A DNA stretch of 64,000 bases. Origin: Spizellomyces punctatus DAOM BR117. Taxonomy: Eukaryota. A program made the position numbers and the translations under genes. The notes under the pieces were generated by a model, which worked only from the letters and a program-made list of their open reading frames with translations, was not told the origin of the DNA and did no database searches. The stretch lies in NCBI GenBank assembly GCA_000182565.2, contig KQ257450.1; one strand, given 5' to 3'. Below, piece after piece: positions 1-14,900 of the stretch; position 1 is the first letter of the stretch; each line of letters starts with the position of its first letter.

Positions 1-3000
1 GCAAACGGGTCCACCGGACTGGACACTCTATTATTGGTCCTGGGAAAAAGCAAAGATGATGGCATCTGTAAAAACTGCCAATCTGCCAGTGGAAAAGGGT
101 GCTAGCCATGGGGTTACAGCAGGTGCTCAAGGTTCGGTAGCTGTTCTATCCTCAACGTCAATGGTTGCGAGGGAAGCTGCTTTTGGCAGCGTCGTATATG
201 AAGTCAGTTTCAACCCCACCGACAATACCCAGCTCTGCGTTATAGGAAATGGAATCTTCAAGCTATTTCGATACCAAGAGGGCGTATTGAAAGCTTTTGC
301 GATTCAAAAAGGTGACTTGAAGGTAAGCATGGTGACCCGATATTCATATCTGCCCTTTGATTGTAGACGTAATTTAATCTTTTCTCTAGAACTACATGTC
401 TCATTGCTGGTCGGCAGACGATCGCATCATTGTCGGTACCGAGGATGGCAAAATTCTTATTTTTGAGAACAATGGGGAACTACGTGCTGAGCTCAACTAT
501 CTACATGGATCATCGCAAATTCCTCGGGCAGTCTGCACCATGTTTGCGTACTCGAAGGGGTTTATTTGCGGAGGCTCCAATGGGAGTATTGCCATCTATG
601 ATAAGAGCGACGAAGCTGGTAGTAGCGCAGTTGCACAGCAATCCGGACAGTCACAGTTGTCGCAGTCCAACAAGGAGCTTTACCGCAAGGTGAAGGAACT
701 TACGCTACAGGATGAAAATGCAAAAATCACTAGTATGGCCATAAGTCCCAGCGAGGACAACCTCGTTTGTACCACGGAGACAAACCAGATGTTTGCAATT
801 ATGTTGGCCGGTACAGAAATGAAGGTAAGACAAAACACCGGGAACGTCCCACTGAGTGTTAAACCCGTTTATGCTCCGAGCAGGGGGAAGAATCGAGATT
901 TGAACTCTTTTCTCAGCCGTTTCACCATGGTCAAGTCACTGGGTGCGATACTTGCATTCGCAAACCTTTAGTCGTTACATGCTCCACCGATCGGTCTGTG
1001 CGTGTATGGAACTATCTCGATTCCACATCAGAACTTGTGAAATACTTTCCGGAAGAGGCCTTTTCGGTCGCGATTCACCCAAGCGGGCTGTATATCTTGG
1101 TTGGCTTTAGCGATAAGCTGCGATTGATGAACCTGTTAATAGATGACATAAGAACCTTCCGGGAGTTTACAATTCGCGGATGTCGGGAGGTGAGCAGAAG
1201 GAGATGCGGCTTGGGTATCACATCATTCAATATTTCGAAAAGCTGGCAACTTGCTAAAGCAGCGGACTGTCTCATTATCAGTGTCGATTTTCGAACGGAG
1301 GGCAATATTTTGCAGTGGTACACGGGAATACCATTCAAATATATTCTACTTGGAATTTCGAAAATCTGGGTAATCTGAAAGGTCACAATGGCAAGGTGCG
1401 ATCATTGTTTTGGACTCAGGATGATTCTCGAATCGTTTCGGCCGGAATGGATGGAGCGATATATGATTGGGCATTGAGAGACTTAACTGGAACAAGCGGA
1501 AGTGGGATCAAGCGTGAAGGAGAGAGTATTCTGAAAAGTTGCAGTTACACTTGTGCCATTGCGACAACAGATGGCCGTAGTATTTTTGCCGTTGGAAGTG
1601 ACAAGACCTTGAAGGTAGGTTTGCGAGGAATTCACTAGTGCCCATAATTGTTGATTGGCACGTACCTCTAATCAAATCTTGCTCAATAGGAAATCATTGA
1701 CTCGCAAATAGTTCGGGAACAAGAATCAGACGCAGTCTTAACCCAGGTCATTCTGTCACAATCGGGAAGAATGATGTTTGTGGGTAAGTCTACGTTTAGC
1801 GATTCTGCATCAGGTTCAATGTAGATGCTCATGCGAACACCTGTAAGGTACTGCTAACGGAACTATCCGGTCCATGAAATATCCCCTTGGCAGCGAGCCA
1901 GGAGATTACCAAGAGCATCAAGCCCATTCTGCACCCGTAACCAAGCTACGAGTAAGCTACGATGACCAGTTTCTCTTTTCGACGTCCGAAGACGGGGCAC
2001 TCTACGTTTTCAAAATATCGGACAAGGAAGGCCGAGGATTGAAACGGGATCGTGAGATCGTCTATGCAGATGAAGTGTGCCCTCAATTTGCGTTTCCTTA
2101 ACCAAAAATGCACCATCTAACTAAGGCCGTTGTTAGATCCTCGTAACGAAATCCGACCTCGAAGAGAAGAACTCTACCATGGCGGAGCTCAAGACCCGGG
2201 TGGAAGAACTGAAGATGGAAAATGAGTACCAGCTTCGGCTGAAAGACATGAACTTCAACGAGAAGATCAAAGAGGTTACCGAGAAATTCATGCAAGAAAT
2301 CGAAGCATTGAAAATTACAAGCACTGTGCTAAGGACAGATAAGGAGAAAGAAGAAGTTCGCCATGAGGAAGAAATGGCGGAAGAACGAGAACGGCATGCG
2401 AGGGAGTTGATGGTAGAGTATTGCACACAGAACGACTATCCGCTCACCGAGCTAAACGTTGGTATTCAATTTTTCTTAGGAACTTGAGACAGTTCACAAC
2501 GCCAAGTTGATGGCCGAGTATGAGCGCTACCAGGAGCTTCAGGGTCGATCAACGGAGCTTCAAGGACAATGGGAAAGACAAATGCGGGACATGCAGGCAG
2601 CCAAAGAGAAGGCACTCGCAGAACTGACAGCACATTTTGAAGCGAGAGTCAAAGAAAAGCAAGCTGAAATAGATCAAGTGAGTACTTCATTCGTGCATTT
2701 GAAACAGAATACATACTGCGACCATGTGCTGACACTAGCCTCTTGACGTGGTCAAGCTGCAACAAGAACTCAAAAGCCAACACCTTGAATTTACAGAAAC
2801 CACTCGAGAAACAGAACAAGATGCGGATACTGAAATTCTGGAGATCAAACACCGATACGAGAAAAAGCTAAAAGAAGAACGTGAAATTGGGCTAAGATTG
2901 AAAGGAGAAAACGGAATTATGAGGAAAAAATTCAATACTCTGAATTCCGAAATCGACGCTCACAAGGCAGAAATTGGAAAGATGTATAATGAGGAGAAAA

Positions 3001-4173
3001 AGCTGCATGGCGTTATCAAGAGCTTGGAGAAGGATATAGCGGGATTGAAGAAGGAGGTATGGTTTAGCGCATCATGAGAGTCTCATCATCTGCTGATAAT
3101 GACTGATGGCCCTTGGTAGATTCAAGAGAGGGATGAGACTATCCAAGACAAGGAGAAGCGTATATACGACTTGAAAAAGAAAAATCAGGAATTGGAGAAG
3201 TTCAAGTTTGTCTTGGACTATAAGATTAAGGAGCTCAAGCGCCAAATTGAGCCTCGAGAGCAAGATATTCAAGGAATGACGCATCAAATAAAAGTGAGCA
3301 GGGCTCCGAGTATAATTGCCTCTTCTACAAAGCAGTTCATTCATCCATCTTTAACTTCAGGAAATGGATGTTGAGCTGGAGCACTATCACAAGGCCAACT
3401 CTAATTTGGAGCTAACAATTGCGGATTTAAAATTGAAACTCCGTGCGGCAGAAAAGGAGGTGGCGAAGGAGCACGCTCGGGTGAAGGGCTTTGCTGCCAC
3501 TGTGAAGAGATTCAAAGTGGATTTGAACGAATGCGTCCAGTACATTCAAGAGCCGAAGTTACTCAAGGTATCTGCCTGATTGGTAAAGCATGAAAAGAGT
3601 GTGCTTCATATTGACAGGGTATCTAGACGCACATCAAGAACATCTACCAAAAGTATTGCCTTTCGACGGATACGTCTATTACCTCTAGCAGCTCTGCTAC
3701 TCCCGCCATCGCTTCATCTTCTACCACCGATATTCAACAGGAATATGCCCGCCAGCGGGAGTACCTCGAGCGCACCGTGGCTTCCCTTCGTCGCAAAGTT
3801 ACAAAAGATCAGAGCATTCACAGGGCCGATAATGTCCGCATCATGGCCGAAAATGTGGCTCTAATTAAGGAGATCAATCAGCTCCGAAGAGATTTGAAAG
3901 GAACCCGAGCAAGGGAGAAGGCTGCAGAGATTGCGCTAAAACATGTGAAGGGCCAAGATGATGAATCAGAATCTCCAAGTGGACCAACAAGACCCAAGAG
4001 TGAAGGTATGACAGAATAGCTTCTTGTACAATGCATACATGTTGGGTGAGCACAATACTCATCAATTACTATCGGCTGCTTTAGTTACAGCATACCGCCT
4101 CCCACCAATGGCTTCCCCTCCACCACCACCACTACCAGCTGTAGTCGAACAACAAGCGTTATCAACGCAGTGA
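1..4173 (+). CDS. CFAP57: Cilia/flagella-associated WD40 + coiled-coil protein (CFAP57/WDR65), multi-exon, 5' end outside window
   Basis: Spliced exons give WD repeats ([41 protein letters not shown]) and the C-terminal coiled coil ([30 protein letters not shown]) typical of CFAP57; GT-AG introns of ~50-70 nt; stop TGA at ~4171-4173. Confidence 0.92.
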
Positions 4174-4684
4174 GCAGCAATATGTGATAGAGACGGATTT
4201 TGTTTTTATACTTTGTGTTATATTAATCGTACGCTGGGATCCGCAGTGTTGACTGCCTGTAGTCTTCTGTTTGTTTAGTGTATCGAAATACACCAGACTT
4301 GAACCCTACGTTCACGAATGCTGACTAACTACATCAGGAGTGATACAAACGCCTAGCGGGACGGCTGCTCATAAATTGAGGCATCGTAGTTGGGTTGTCC
4401 AGAGGATTGCCAGGGTCTACAATGGATCGAATAATATCTGAACTCACACAAGTTGGGGAGAGTAAAAAGATATGATTTAAAGAGAAAGATGTGCTGATCA
4501 TTGCAAACAGTGTAAATCAATGACGGAAATGACAAAGTATCTTTGAAATAGTTTCTCTTGACTGGCGCGCTGATGTCCAAAGATCCGCGTTTTGTTTGTT
4601 TATACTGGTTTCCAAAAAAAGGTATATTGCACTGTCAGATGAGAATCCCACCAGCCAGATTTTGGAGATGCTACGACAACGGCA

Positions 4685-7658
4685 ATGACAAAGAAGGCAA
4701 AGGCAAAGAAAGCGAAGAGGGGAAAGAAGACTGGTACTCCTCGCCGTACACCGTCGACATCTGCGACAGATGTTACAGGTGAGCAACCTATGGTGGATCT
4801 GATCAGTGTCAAACGATACTAATTGCCATCTGGTAAGATGGGATATCTTTGGAGGTAGAAAATGAAAATGAGCAAGAGACGGGGGCAAATGCCCCCAAAA
4901 AATGTCCTCATCTCAAGACCGCAGTTCGCATAACTCGTTTGTCACGGCAGCTTCCAAGCACCCTTGCGAAAGGGGCTTATTGCATGGTAGCTAACTGTGG
5001 TGAATTTCACCTCGTTTCACACGAGCTAAACGTCACTCAAGACATGCAGAAGAGAGCAACAGCGCGCAGCGAATCAGCAAAAGAATAAGGCCGTTGTTAA
5101 CAGCGCAGAAGATGCTCAAACATCTTCAGCACCGGCCACTCCGCTGCATGCTGATGCAACCGCACTGTGGTTATGCTTAAAGTGTGGAGAAGTGAACTGT
5201 GGTCGAAACGACAATGCCCACGCTGTAGCCCATTATGATCGCGAGCAGCACGACATCGCCATACATACGCAAACTCTGGAGTGCTGGTAAGGATTTTTGC
5301 CTTGGACGCCCTTCTGGGTGGGGTGTAGAAGCTGAATTTTTTTGTAGGTGTTATGCATGCGACACGGAAGTGAACGGAACCTCAACCCACAATCTGTTAG
5401 TGATTGAAAGCAAAAAGATGGTGGAAACCATCTTAAAGCCGAAACAAACTATCAAGGGTCCGGCATTTCCATACCTGCTTGACTTGTATGGGTCATTGAC
5501 TAAAATTGAACACTTCAGATATCGTGGGAAAAGAGCCCAGCGCCGCTTCCGGGAAAAAGAAGCGCAAAGCTATTATTTCTGCTCCCGGCCTTACGAACTT
5601 GGGAAATACGTGAGTCATGACGCACAGTGGTTTGGACCAATGACAAGCACGACACAAAACTGAGCTTTCTCAACTCTCAGTTGCTTTTTCAATTCGGTAA
5701 TGCAATGCATAAACTCTACAAAACTCCTGCAAGTTCAATTGCAAGCGGCCATTTCAGAATCTCGTCTAGTTAAGGGACCTTTCACCGGTGCTCTTGTAAG
5801 GTTCCTTGCGTCAATGAACGCGCAGTTTGCGAGCGGCGGTGGTACTGTCAACCCTAGGGACCTTTTTGGCGCCTTAAGTAATACCTGGCGCATATACCGA
5901 ATGTATGGCCAGCAGGATAGCCACGAACTATTGCGGCGATTGTTGGATGGCGTGCGCGAGGAGCAACTTCAGAAAGGCGAAGACAACAAGCCTTTGCCCG
6001 GGCAACGAACCTTCGTGGACAGGGTATTTGGCGGAAAACTATGCCAGCTGATCGTGTGTGATGCATGTAAAAATGTTTCTTACTCATTTGAGGAGTACAT
6101 GGACTTATCACTGCCCATCCTCCAAGACGGAATCAAGCAGAGTAAAGGCTTCTTTTCCGCGTTTTCGCGTCGCCGAGTCAAGTCACCCGCTCCTGCGTCT
6201 TCTGAAGATATTGCAACCGATGTGCTTAATTCTATTATAGACAAGGTGGTCGCCGGGATATCCGATCTCTCCTTGCAAAATATGGCATCACGGTCGCCCT
6301 ATGCTAAGGACCCCACGCGGTTACAGCTTATCGATACGTTGTTGCGCCCATTATCCACGGAGCGTGAAGGAGAGCCTGTGGAGAAACCCGTAACTTTGCG
6401 CAGATGCTTGGTCGAATTCATGGCCGTGGAAACGTTGGATGGAGATAGTGCTTATTCTTGCGATCATTGTTACAAGTTGAAATATGGAGTGTCTCCTGGT
6501 GATGCAAAAGACAAAGACGAGGCCGACCCTAAGACGGAGAGTGAGTCGTCGGGGAGGCGCTCTAGTCATCTAGACACAGATGAAGCTCGACAATCTCTAG
6601 GGAACGAAAGCAGCAGTTTATCGGAAGAGACTTCGGATACCTCTAAAGATACACTGCCAGCAGAAGGACCAGCAACAGCATCAAGCATGACGCTGCCAAT
6701 TGTGCACGGTACTTCTGCTTCGCACACACCGAGCCAATCGGCTCCAGTAAAGGCGGAGCCCCATGAATTTCCTCTGCAAGAGACGGACGGCAGCGGACTA
6801 TTGGAGGCCGAGCCTGTCAACCCACTGAAGGAACGTTCTTTGTCGTCCGTAGGGACAATGACATCCAGTAGAGGTCCAGACACACGGCTTCCGAGTACCA
6901 ATTCGAGCATCGCCACATTGAACCAGATCGCTCTGGAAGAGGAGGACGTGGATGACATTGGGTCGGATGAAGATACTGCAGAAGGTAGAAGTAGCGATGG
7001 AAGCCCCGTATCGGACCAAGAAGCAGATGGATTGAATCTGTCTGTTCTTGATAACTTTGGTAACACAATGCGACCCGATGGTGACAGGAGCTCGGATATA
7101 TCACAAACACCGGAACCCATAGCAGTCGTTGAGTATCCCTCCACTAAGCCCGCAAGACCCCCAGTCCGCAGTCGTGCCTATAAACGCTACCTCCTCCACA
7201 GCGTGCCCGATGTACTGGTTATGCACCTCAAACGGTTTCAGCAAGTTGGATTTGGTGGACGGACACGCAAAGTGGAAGATCCAGTTGCGTTTGAAGAGTA
7301 TCTAGACTTGAGTCCCTTCATGGCACCAGATGAGGTCGAAGAAGCCGTTCAGGGCAGCGATACTCAGCCAATGGGCCGAAGAGATGGCGGAAGATACAGA
7401 TTGAATGGGGTGGTGGTGCATGGAGGCGGGCTTTTTTCGGGGCATTATATTGCATATGTGCGCATTGGCACAAGCACAAACACATTGGACAGCATTGCTG
7501 TGAAAGATGAAGCAAACACCGTTGATTTGGACGAGGAGGCTGTTGAGTGGGTCTACTGCAGCGATACTCATGTTCGGCCAAGTTCATGGGAGGAGGTGGC
7601 TCGATGCCAAGCATATATATTATTTTATGAGCGAGTCCAAGAGATCGTTGGGCGGTAG
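4685..7658 (+). CDS. Ubiquitin C-terminal hydrolase, USP16/USP45-like (ZnF-UBP + USP domain)
   Basis: ZnF-UBP (CPH...WLCLKCGEVNCGR..HAVAH...WCYACD), Cys box GLTNLGNT|CFFNSVMQ, QQDSHE, LHLKRF, His box VVVHGGGLFSGHYIAYV, AYILFYER. Confidence 0.9.
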
Positions 7659-7835
7659 GATACCGTGTAATAATAGAAACTGAATCCTGCAACGGTGAGG
7701 TTCGCGTTGAATTCGCGATCGCGCGTCGTATCATGTGCCACAGTCAGTCATCATCCCCGCCATCTTCCACCATAGCAAGCTCCAGAGGGAGATCTACCAG
7801 ACGGGGAATGCAAACCACTCAATATTGTCGACTCA

Positions 7836-10181
7836 ATGTCGCAACGTGGAGGCGAGGAGCTCCCTTCAACGCCATCAGAGGCCTTTCTCACTGCTCGGGA
7901 AAGCCCCTCCCAAAACGCACAACAAACACCAGAATGCTATTTTCCCATCGTTGGAGAAACCACCGTTAATGTAGACCAGGAACAAGGTGGCCCTCCCTTT
8001 GCAGCTGGCGGGCAGTTTGAAGAAGGAAACCAACCCGGTTCTTATCGTCCTTCAACATCCTCTGGTGCTCTCCTAGATTCTTCACAGCAGCCGACGTCAA
8101 CTGAACCTCGGGCAGCGAGTTCTTGCAACCCGACGCTTCCCCGCGGACAGCTACCTAACTGGCGGGAAATAAAGAGAAGACTCCAGCAGGTTTTCAAGAT
8201 CAATCATGCAGCAGCACAGGTCGCTTGCACCATAGTTTTGGTATCCCTATTCACTTTGATCAGGCCCATCGAAGAAGCATATCCGTCCAATACTGTATAT
8301 ATTACAATCGCTGCAGTCGTCGTTACCCAGCGTGAGTTTGGAACTGACCCTACGCGGCATTCTGTATGATATGTGTTAACGGCTTCTTTTAGCCAATCAA
8401 ACGGCTTCGGTGCGACTTTTTGCTCAAAGACTGATTGGAGTCATTGTGGCTGCCATCTTGTCTCTTTGCGTACTCGGGTTAGATGCTATCATACCCCCCA
8501 AGTCCTGTCTGGACTGTTCGTGGAAACCATATGCGATCGGCGTCATTTTATTCATATTCATATACACTACGGCCTCAGTACGTGAATCACTCCCAGGACA
8601 AGCTTACACCACGAAACTGACCGATCTAACATTTGTAATTACTTTGGTATGTACCTTTCGGAGGATTGAATCTTGCGAATTCCCCTGATACATTTGTTAG
8701 CTAGGTGCATATGATGATCTTCTTCATAATCCCGATACTCCGCGATACGCTCCCCCGCTCGCCCGAATGGCGAGCATGATTATCGGTACATTGCTCTCCC
8801 TGGCTGGTGCCTTCATATTCTGGCCTGTACGGATTACTCTGGTGCATCGAGTCGTGACGGGTAATTTGTTCAAAGATATTGCCGGATATTTTCATGATCT
8901 GGTGCATGAAGGGTGGGTAGATGGCGTATGCGCAAAATTCCAAGATCATATGGCGCTAATAGTATTGGTGAAGATATTTACGAGAGCCCTCCCAGTCAGT
9001 GACCCCAGCAAGTCCTCATAGACTAGAAACCCAGTGGAGTTCTACATCAAGGACAATTGCGGTGGAAGGAGGCATGGACATTCTCGGATCAGAAGAGGCT
9101 GTAACAGCGCAGCCTTTGGAAGGCCTCCCTAAGCGAGGAATAAGAGCAAAGCTTGGATGGTTGCTCGGTAAAGCACCTCCTTCCGAAACTGAGCACCGTC
9201 CTGCTGCCCCTCGACCAGAGCAAAGTGACATCACGAGCGCTGACTCGACCACCGCCGATCAGTCAATTCTAACATTGGATGACTGGGAACGAGTCATCGA
9301 TGATGCAGTTAAGAGAGAGGAGGAGGATATTGTAAAGGAGTTCCATGAGAAAACGCACCCAGCTGCGGTACATATCATACGTACCCTAGAGAAAGAAAGA
9401 GCCCGATTGGAAGCTAGCTATCAGGTTGAAGTTCGATGGACGCAAAGCCCTCATTTCGTTCATATAGCACCACTGGATCAAGTCATCAGACGCTTGCGGT
9501 AAGTGAACGTGGCGCTGATGAACATGCCCTGTTTCTAAGCTGCATTATTTCATTGGCAGACTCCTGTTTTATCAGCTGGCCGGACTTTATAGCGATCGAC
9601 TGATCACCCTGCGAGCCCTTTCACCCCGTCTGCTGGAGTCAGCGCACCTTGTAGGAAATACTATAATGTCCGAATGGCTAACTGCCTGGACATTAGATGC
9701 TGCCGCGCTGATGCACGCTATGGCTGCGCAGCCGTTAGGTGATACGGAATCATTTCATGTGAGCACATACACAACTTCCCTGTGCAACGCGTTAACGGAC
9801 CTTGGTGATGTTGTACTCTGGACTACAAGTCAGGGTACCCGAGTTATTGGGAGTGCTGAGCTGTCAGCTCGGTTAGAAGTCATTGTTCAAGAAGTGATCA
9901 AACGCAGGGATGTGTTAGAAACACATCTGTTGAAGCTCAGAACTAAATTGATGAACCCTAGTCAAGGGGATGATGCCCCAGATCCAAGTCACAAGGGCAA
10001 GGAACCGTGCGGCTGTGGCAAAATCGTAGCCAGCAAGGGAGTTTCGGAAGGACAGGCCCCAAATGAATCGCCCCCTGTGTTGGCGTTTCAGTACACAACA
10101 TATGTACACCTATGGGAGATTACCGAAGTAGTTTTATCCGCTGCCCGTGCGGTTGGACGGATGATCAATGCTTATGCTTAG
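7836..10181 (+). CDS. Multi-pass membrane protein, ALMT/FUSC (aromatic acid exporter)-like, multi-exon
   Basis: N-terminal TM hairpins (ITIAAVVV..., QRLIGVIVAAIL, RMASMIIGTLLSLAGAFIFWP) followed by a helical cytosolic region, the ALMT/FUSC layout. Confidence 0.6.
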
Positions 10182-10314
10182 AGTCGCGTCACTGATTCTA
10201 CAATTCATGCCCGTTTCTGGTCGCTGGAGCTGTAAATATAGCGAATACCATTTCGTGCCATTTTGTAAATGTTGTCTATGTCTCTGTAAGCAACGATCTG
10301 AGTGCGGAATTATC

Positions 10315-11587
10315 CTATAGGTGAGCTCGTGCTCCTCCCTCTACTTCTCGCAAGAAAGATTCAATGGCCGTCGCGGTTTGCCCATCGTCCATATGATACA
10401 TCCTAAAAATGGTTTCAGCATACCACCCAGTTATGCAGGATCGCAAACAGGCACTCCTTACATGTGTCCAACATTCGGTAAGGTTAAGAGTCGTGAGTTG
10501 GGTAGCAGTTCAGTGAGGCTGGCACCGAATTGAGCATTTATCAATTGATCATTAAGCCCATGTACGACGAGCGCAGGAGTTGACACCAGGTGAAGTTGAT
10601 CTGTCACATCAAACGTGGATAGGGCTTCCAGCTGTTGCACTTTGTGGGGAAAGCCGGTGAGCCAGCAATATACAGAAACAGTCCGATTGATACTTCCAAC
10701 CAGACATGGCATAACACACCTGTAATGCGTATAGGTCTTTTCCACTTTGCAGAGTTTTGAATCAATGTATCCACGTACGCACTATTAGCTCGACACCAAT
10801 CGGGAGTGAAGTTACTCTCAATCATCGCCCTCTGCAACTTCAACTTTTCATCAGCAGTGAGATTTGACTTCGATGCGCCACCCGTAGCGGCGACATTCAC
10901 GGCTAAACTATCCGACAGCTTTGCATGAAGCTATTCGAACCAATGGTTTAGATGACAATGCGGCCATGTCAGACACACTCGTTCCATACCTGCGCTAAGA
11001 ATCCCCGCAAAGCAGCTTTTGGGGTCGTACAAAGAAGAACAAGACTCAAGCATTCGCAATCGTCGCGGCCTCGAAGAAGCAGGGCAAGTTGTTGAGCTAT
11101 CATTCCCCCCATTGACATTCCTAATAGATGGAAACGGTGCCATTTCAAGTGGAGAAGGATTGAGAAAACATCTGTAGCCATTTGGGTTATCGTGAGTTGG
11201 GGTGGGTCTCGAAATGGCGGTAGCGGTGGCGACAGAGAGGATTCCCCTATGCCTCTGTTGTCCAAGACACAGACTGGCCGGGTACGAGACAGATCTATGA
11301 ATAACGTCAGGGTGAGTGCTTTGAACAGAGCACATGAGTTGACAGCTACACGTACCGTAAGCGAAATGAGCCCAGTCTTCCTTCACCCCCGTGCTACAAA
11401 CGCATATCAGGCTTGCTTTCCCAACCAATTAACGGCCTTTTCCACGCGTAGGAACCTACAGTCCCATGACAAGAATCAACGGTATTCCCACATTTTTGGC
11501 TCCAAGAACATGATAAGCAATGGTTGCTCCATCCGGAGTTTTGTAAAATTGCGTCGTAGTGTCGTGGGTCTCGCTGGAACTGGCCAT
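10315..11587 (-). CDS. Alpha/beta hydrolase with C-terminal PTS1-like tripeptide (AHL)
   Basis: DGATIAYHVLG, DNRGIGES, nucleophile elbow GMSMGG, LVVHGLNDQLI, LPNVGH; spliced last exon ends GGARAHL*. Confidence 0.85.
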
Positions 11588-11946
11588 TGTGTAGATGAAT
11601 GTTGGGTCAGATGTTGGGTGAGCCGGCAGAACAGATGGGCTTGTGCACTCGCGGTCCCATCGGATGAATCATCAAAGAGCATGTGACCGCGCTTACGAAA
11701 GACAACGCGAGAGAATATCCCGCCCTACATCCAAGGGTAAACACACGAATATTCTGAACCAATAACGACGACTCAAACCAAAGCTTGCGCATCGAGAGAG
11801 TGCATCCCATTTTGTAATTAGCAATTGCTGATTGCTGCCAAAGAAGTCTCAGTCAAACGAACAAAAATCAGATCCATTGATTATTGCCTACTGAAAAGTC
11901 CCAAACAAGTCAACTGGCCCAATATCATCCGCCGGCCCTCAATAGC

Positions 11947-14900
11947 ATGTCAGCAAAGCGAGCGCTTAGCGGCATCGCCGCAAAAGAGGATCCTGATACC
12001 CTCTATGAGCTGATGGAGCATATCGGAACGGGAAGGTACCTCGTGCACCCAGATAACTGAAATCTTTCCCTCTAACACTTCACTGTCCTTTCCACTCTCC
12101 TACAGTTATGGAGAAGTATTCAAAGTGAGCAATGAGCGACAAAGCTTTGATAGGCTGAAGGATCTTCTTATGTTATTCGTCTCACGATTCCTAGGCACGC
12201 AGTCGTGTTACTGGAGAACTGGCCGCGGTGAAAGTGATAAAACTGGAAGCTGGAGAAGAACTTGATGAGGTCCTACACGAAGTGAACTTCCTGCGAGACT
12301 GTAACCATCGGAATGTAGTATCCTATATCGGATGTTATATGAAGAAGGGGGCTGTACGGGGACAGAAGCACATCTGGGTGGGTTACGAATGACATTAAGT
12401 CGCAGATCCGGGCGTCTCCTCTACCCGAAAATTGCCACCTTATTTTCACCAAATACTAAGTTCTCCTAATTTGCTCTCCTTAGATTGTTATGGAGTTTTG
12501 TGGGGGAGGTTCTGTAGAAGCTGCATATAAGGGTATGGATGGAGATTTCCATGAGAGCTAATGGTGAGCTATTGTCACTAACACTGTGACCTTTAGGTCT
12601 GCGGGGTGCACTTACAGAACAAGAAATTACGTGCATAATTCGGGAGAGTTTGACTGTAAATATCATTGTCTTACCTCTTTTTTGTGTCCGATTGCTTTAA
12701 CGAAACGTAAACTGTAGGGCTTGGCATTCCTCCATTCCTGCAACAAGATGCATCGAGATATAAAATGTGGTAAGGGTTGTGGAGAAAAGTAGTCCACAGA
12801 AGTCTCAGACCGATGATGGCCGTTCTTTCTCTCTCATTCTGGCAGGCAACATACTGATGACTGAAAATGGTCAAATCAAAATCGGTGAGTAGGACATACG
12901 CCGTATAAGCCTTACCTTTTAATAATGCATTGTGACATGAATTGCAGCGGATTTTGGGGTATCAACGCAATTGACAAGGACATTTTCCAAGCGACATACT
13001 TTCATTGGCACACCATACTGGTAACGTTTTGTCTCTGAACACATTAATTCATATCATGTCTTCTCATCTGTATTGTATTCAGGATGGCCCCGGAGGTGAT
13101 AACAGCAGAGCAACAAGGCACAGCATATGATTACAAGGTAAGCAAGCACTCTTCCAGATGAAGATACGATCGATACGATCCTTGTCTTCACCGTATATTT
13201 GACAGGCCGATGTATGGTCATTGGGAATCACCGCGATGGAAATGGCTGAATGCTCCCCACCAATGTTTGACATGCATCCGATGCGAGTACTATTCATGAT
13301 TCCGAAACTGGATCCACCCAAGCTAAAAGACCAGACAAAATGGTGGGATCTTTTCCGCACGAACTAGATTGTGAGAACCTCATCATTAAACATTTATCCT
13401 AAATGGTGCCCAGGTCGCCGGCATTTCGAGATTTCCTGCACGTCTGCCTCGAGAAGGATCCAGACAAGCGGCCAACTGCCGACCAGCTTCTTCAGGTACA
13501 CTTAATCCAAGTGCACGAGTATTTAGCAAGAAACTTAAGGGAGTTTCTAGTATCGCAAAGCTTATCTCTTTGCTACAGCATCCTTTCGTCAGACCTGAAG
13601 GTAACCCTGCAAACATTGTAACGAACCTCATTGAACGGACGCGTGAAGCGAAACGACTACGAGCCGTACAAGGAATAAAGAATCCTCTATTTCCGCAAGG
13701 GCAGGACGAGGACGAGGACGAAGATGACGATGAAGCCCGCGAAAAGGCCGAAACGGTCAAAAAGCGAGCGACGGCACAAAAGGTCGAAATCAACATGGAT
13801 ACCGCACTAGATCAAACATTACAGCAGGTTGGATGAGGATGTTTCTTGCGTCAAAAGCATGAGCTCATTCGGTTCAACATTCAGTTGAGTGTCAAAGACC
13901 CAAAGAGTGACACACTGAGGTCAATAGAAGAAAGTGAAGGACATGACGAAGACACACTGGGACCTTTGGACGAAAGGAACAAAACAGTAAAGAAGATACC
14001 GTCGCATGCTAAGGAGGAATCCGCAGCATTTGTAGAGCGCGTTGCTGTGCCCGACAAGCCGGAGCAAAGCAACGAGAAGGAGACAACACCACAGCGCAAA
14101 CCAGTATGTACCTAGATCCCACAGAGCAGTATTTGCCGAGAGTTCTTACGCCTATCTTGGTCTAGACATTTAAAGCAAGCAGAATGTGCCGACTGGCAAT
14201 TCAAGTGAACTGTGCAGAATTCTTGGGTATTGCGCGGATGTAGTTGGCGGCGACCGTACGTTCCAAAGTTTGTTGATGATCCCCGCTCCCGCATTTGGTA
14301 GGCGACACGCTATTGTTGGGAACGGATGACGGGCTGTTTGGATTGAAACGAAAGGTAATGTGGCCTTCCACCAAGCTACTTCGCTCCGCTCGTTCAGTTC
14401 TCGCCCCTCACATCTCCGGGCGCTTTTTTAGAAAAAGACCCGAAAATGATACCCTTGTCGACACGCCGATATGAGCAGATAAATGCTTTAGAGGACTTGA
14501 ACATTATTATATCAAGATCCGGTACTGTCGCCCGGTTCAGAAAGATTCATTCCTCAAGTCTTACCAGACCCTCTAGGGAAATATGACATGGTTGCGACAC
14601 ATGACATGACTTCTACTACAAAATTCAAACGACGTCAAAAGTTTGAAACGGAGACCAAGTTGAAAAAGATGAAGGAGACAAAGGGGTGCCAATTTTATTC
14701 TCTGGGTCAGTTATAGTTTCTGCTTAGATTCGGGCACATACTTACACGTCAACTCTGACAGCTCGAATCGGACCATCAATATACCTGTGTGTTGCTACGC
14801 CTAAATCGTTGCTCGTACTTAAATGGGCACCACATCCATTCAATAAATTCATGAAGTTAAAGGTTTGTCATCCTCCGGCGTGCAAGTCATATTCAACTGC

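Noticed and set aside
6566-7144. Long antisense ORFs (here and over the Gypsy, Copia and RS-rich genes)
   Set aside because: Shadow ORFs of real coding strands with no motifs of their own.
14341-14445. Apparent frameshift in the MAP4K CNH region
   Set aside because: An upstream acceptor (CAG at 14395-14397, 43-nt intron) restores the frame.
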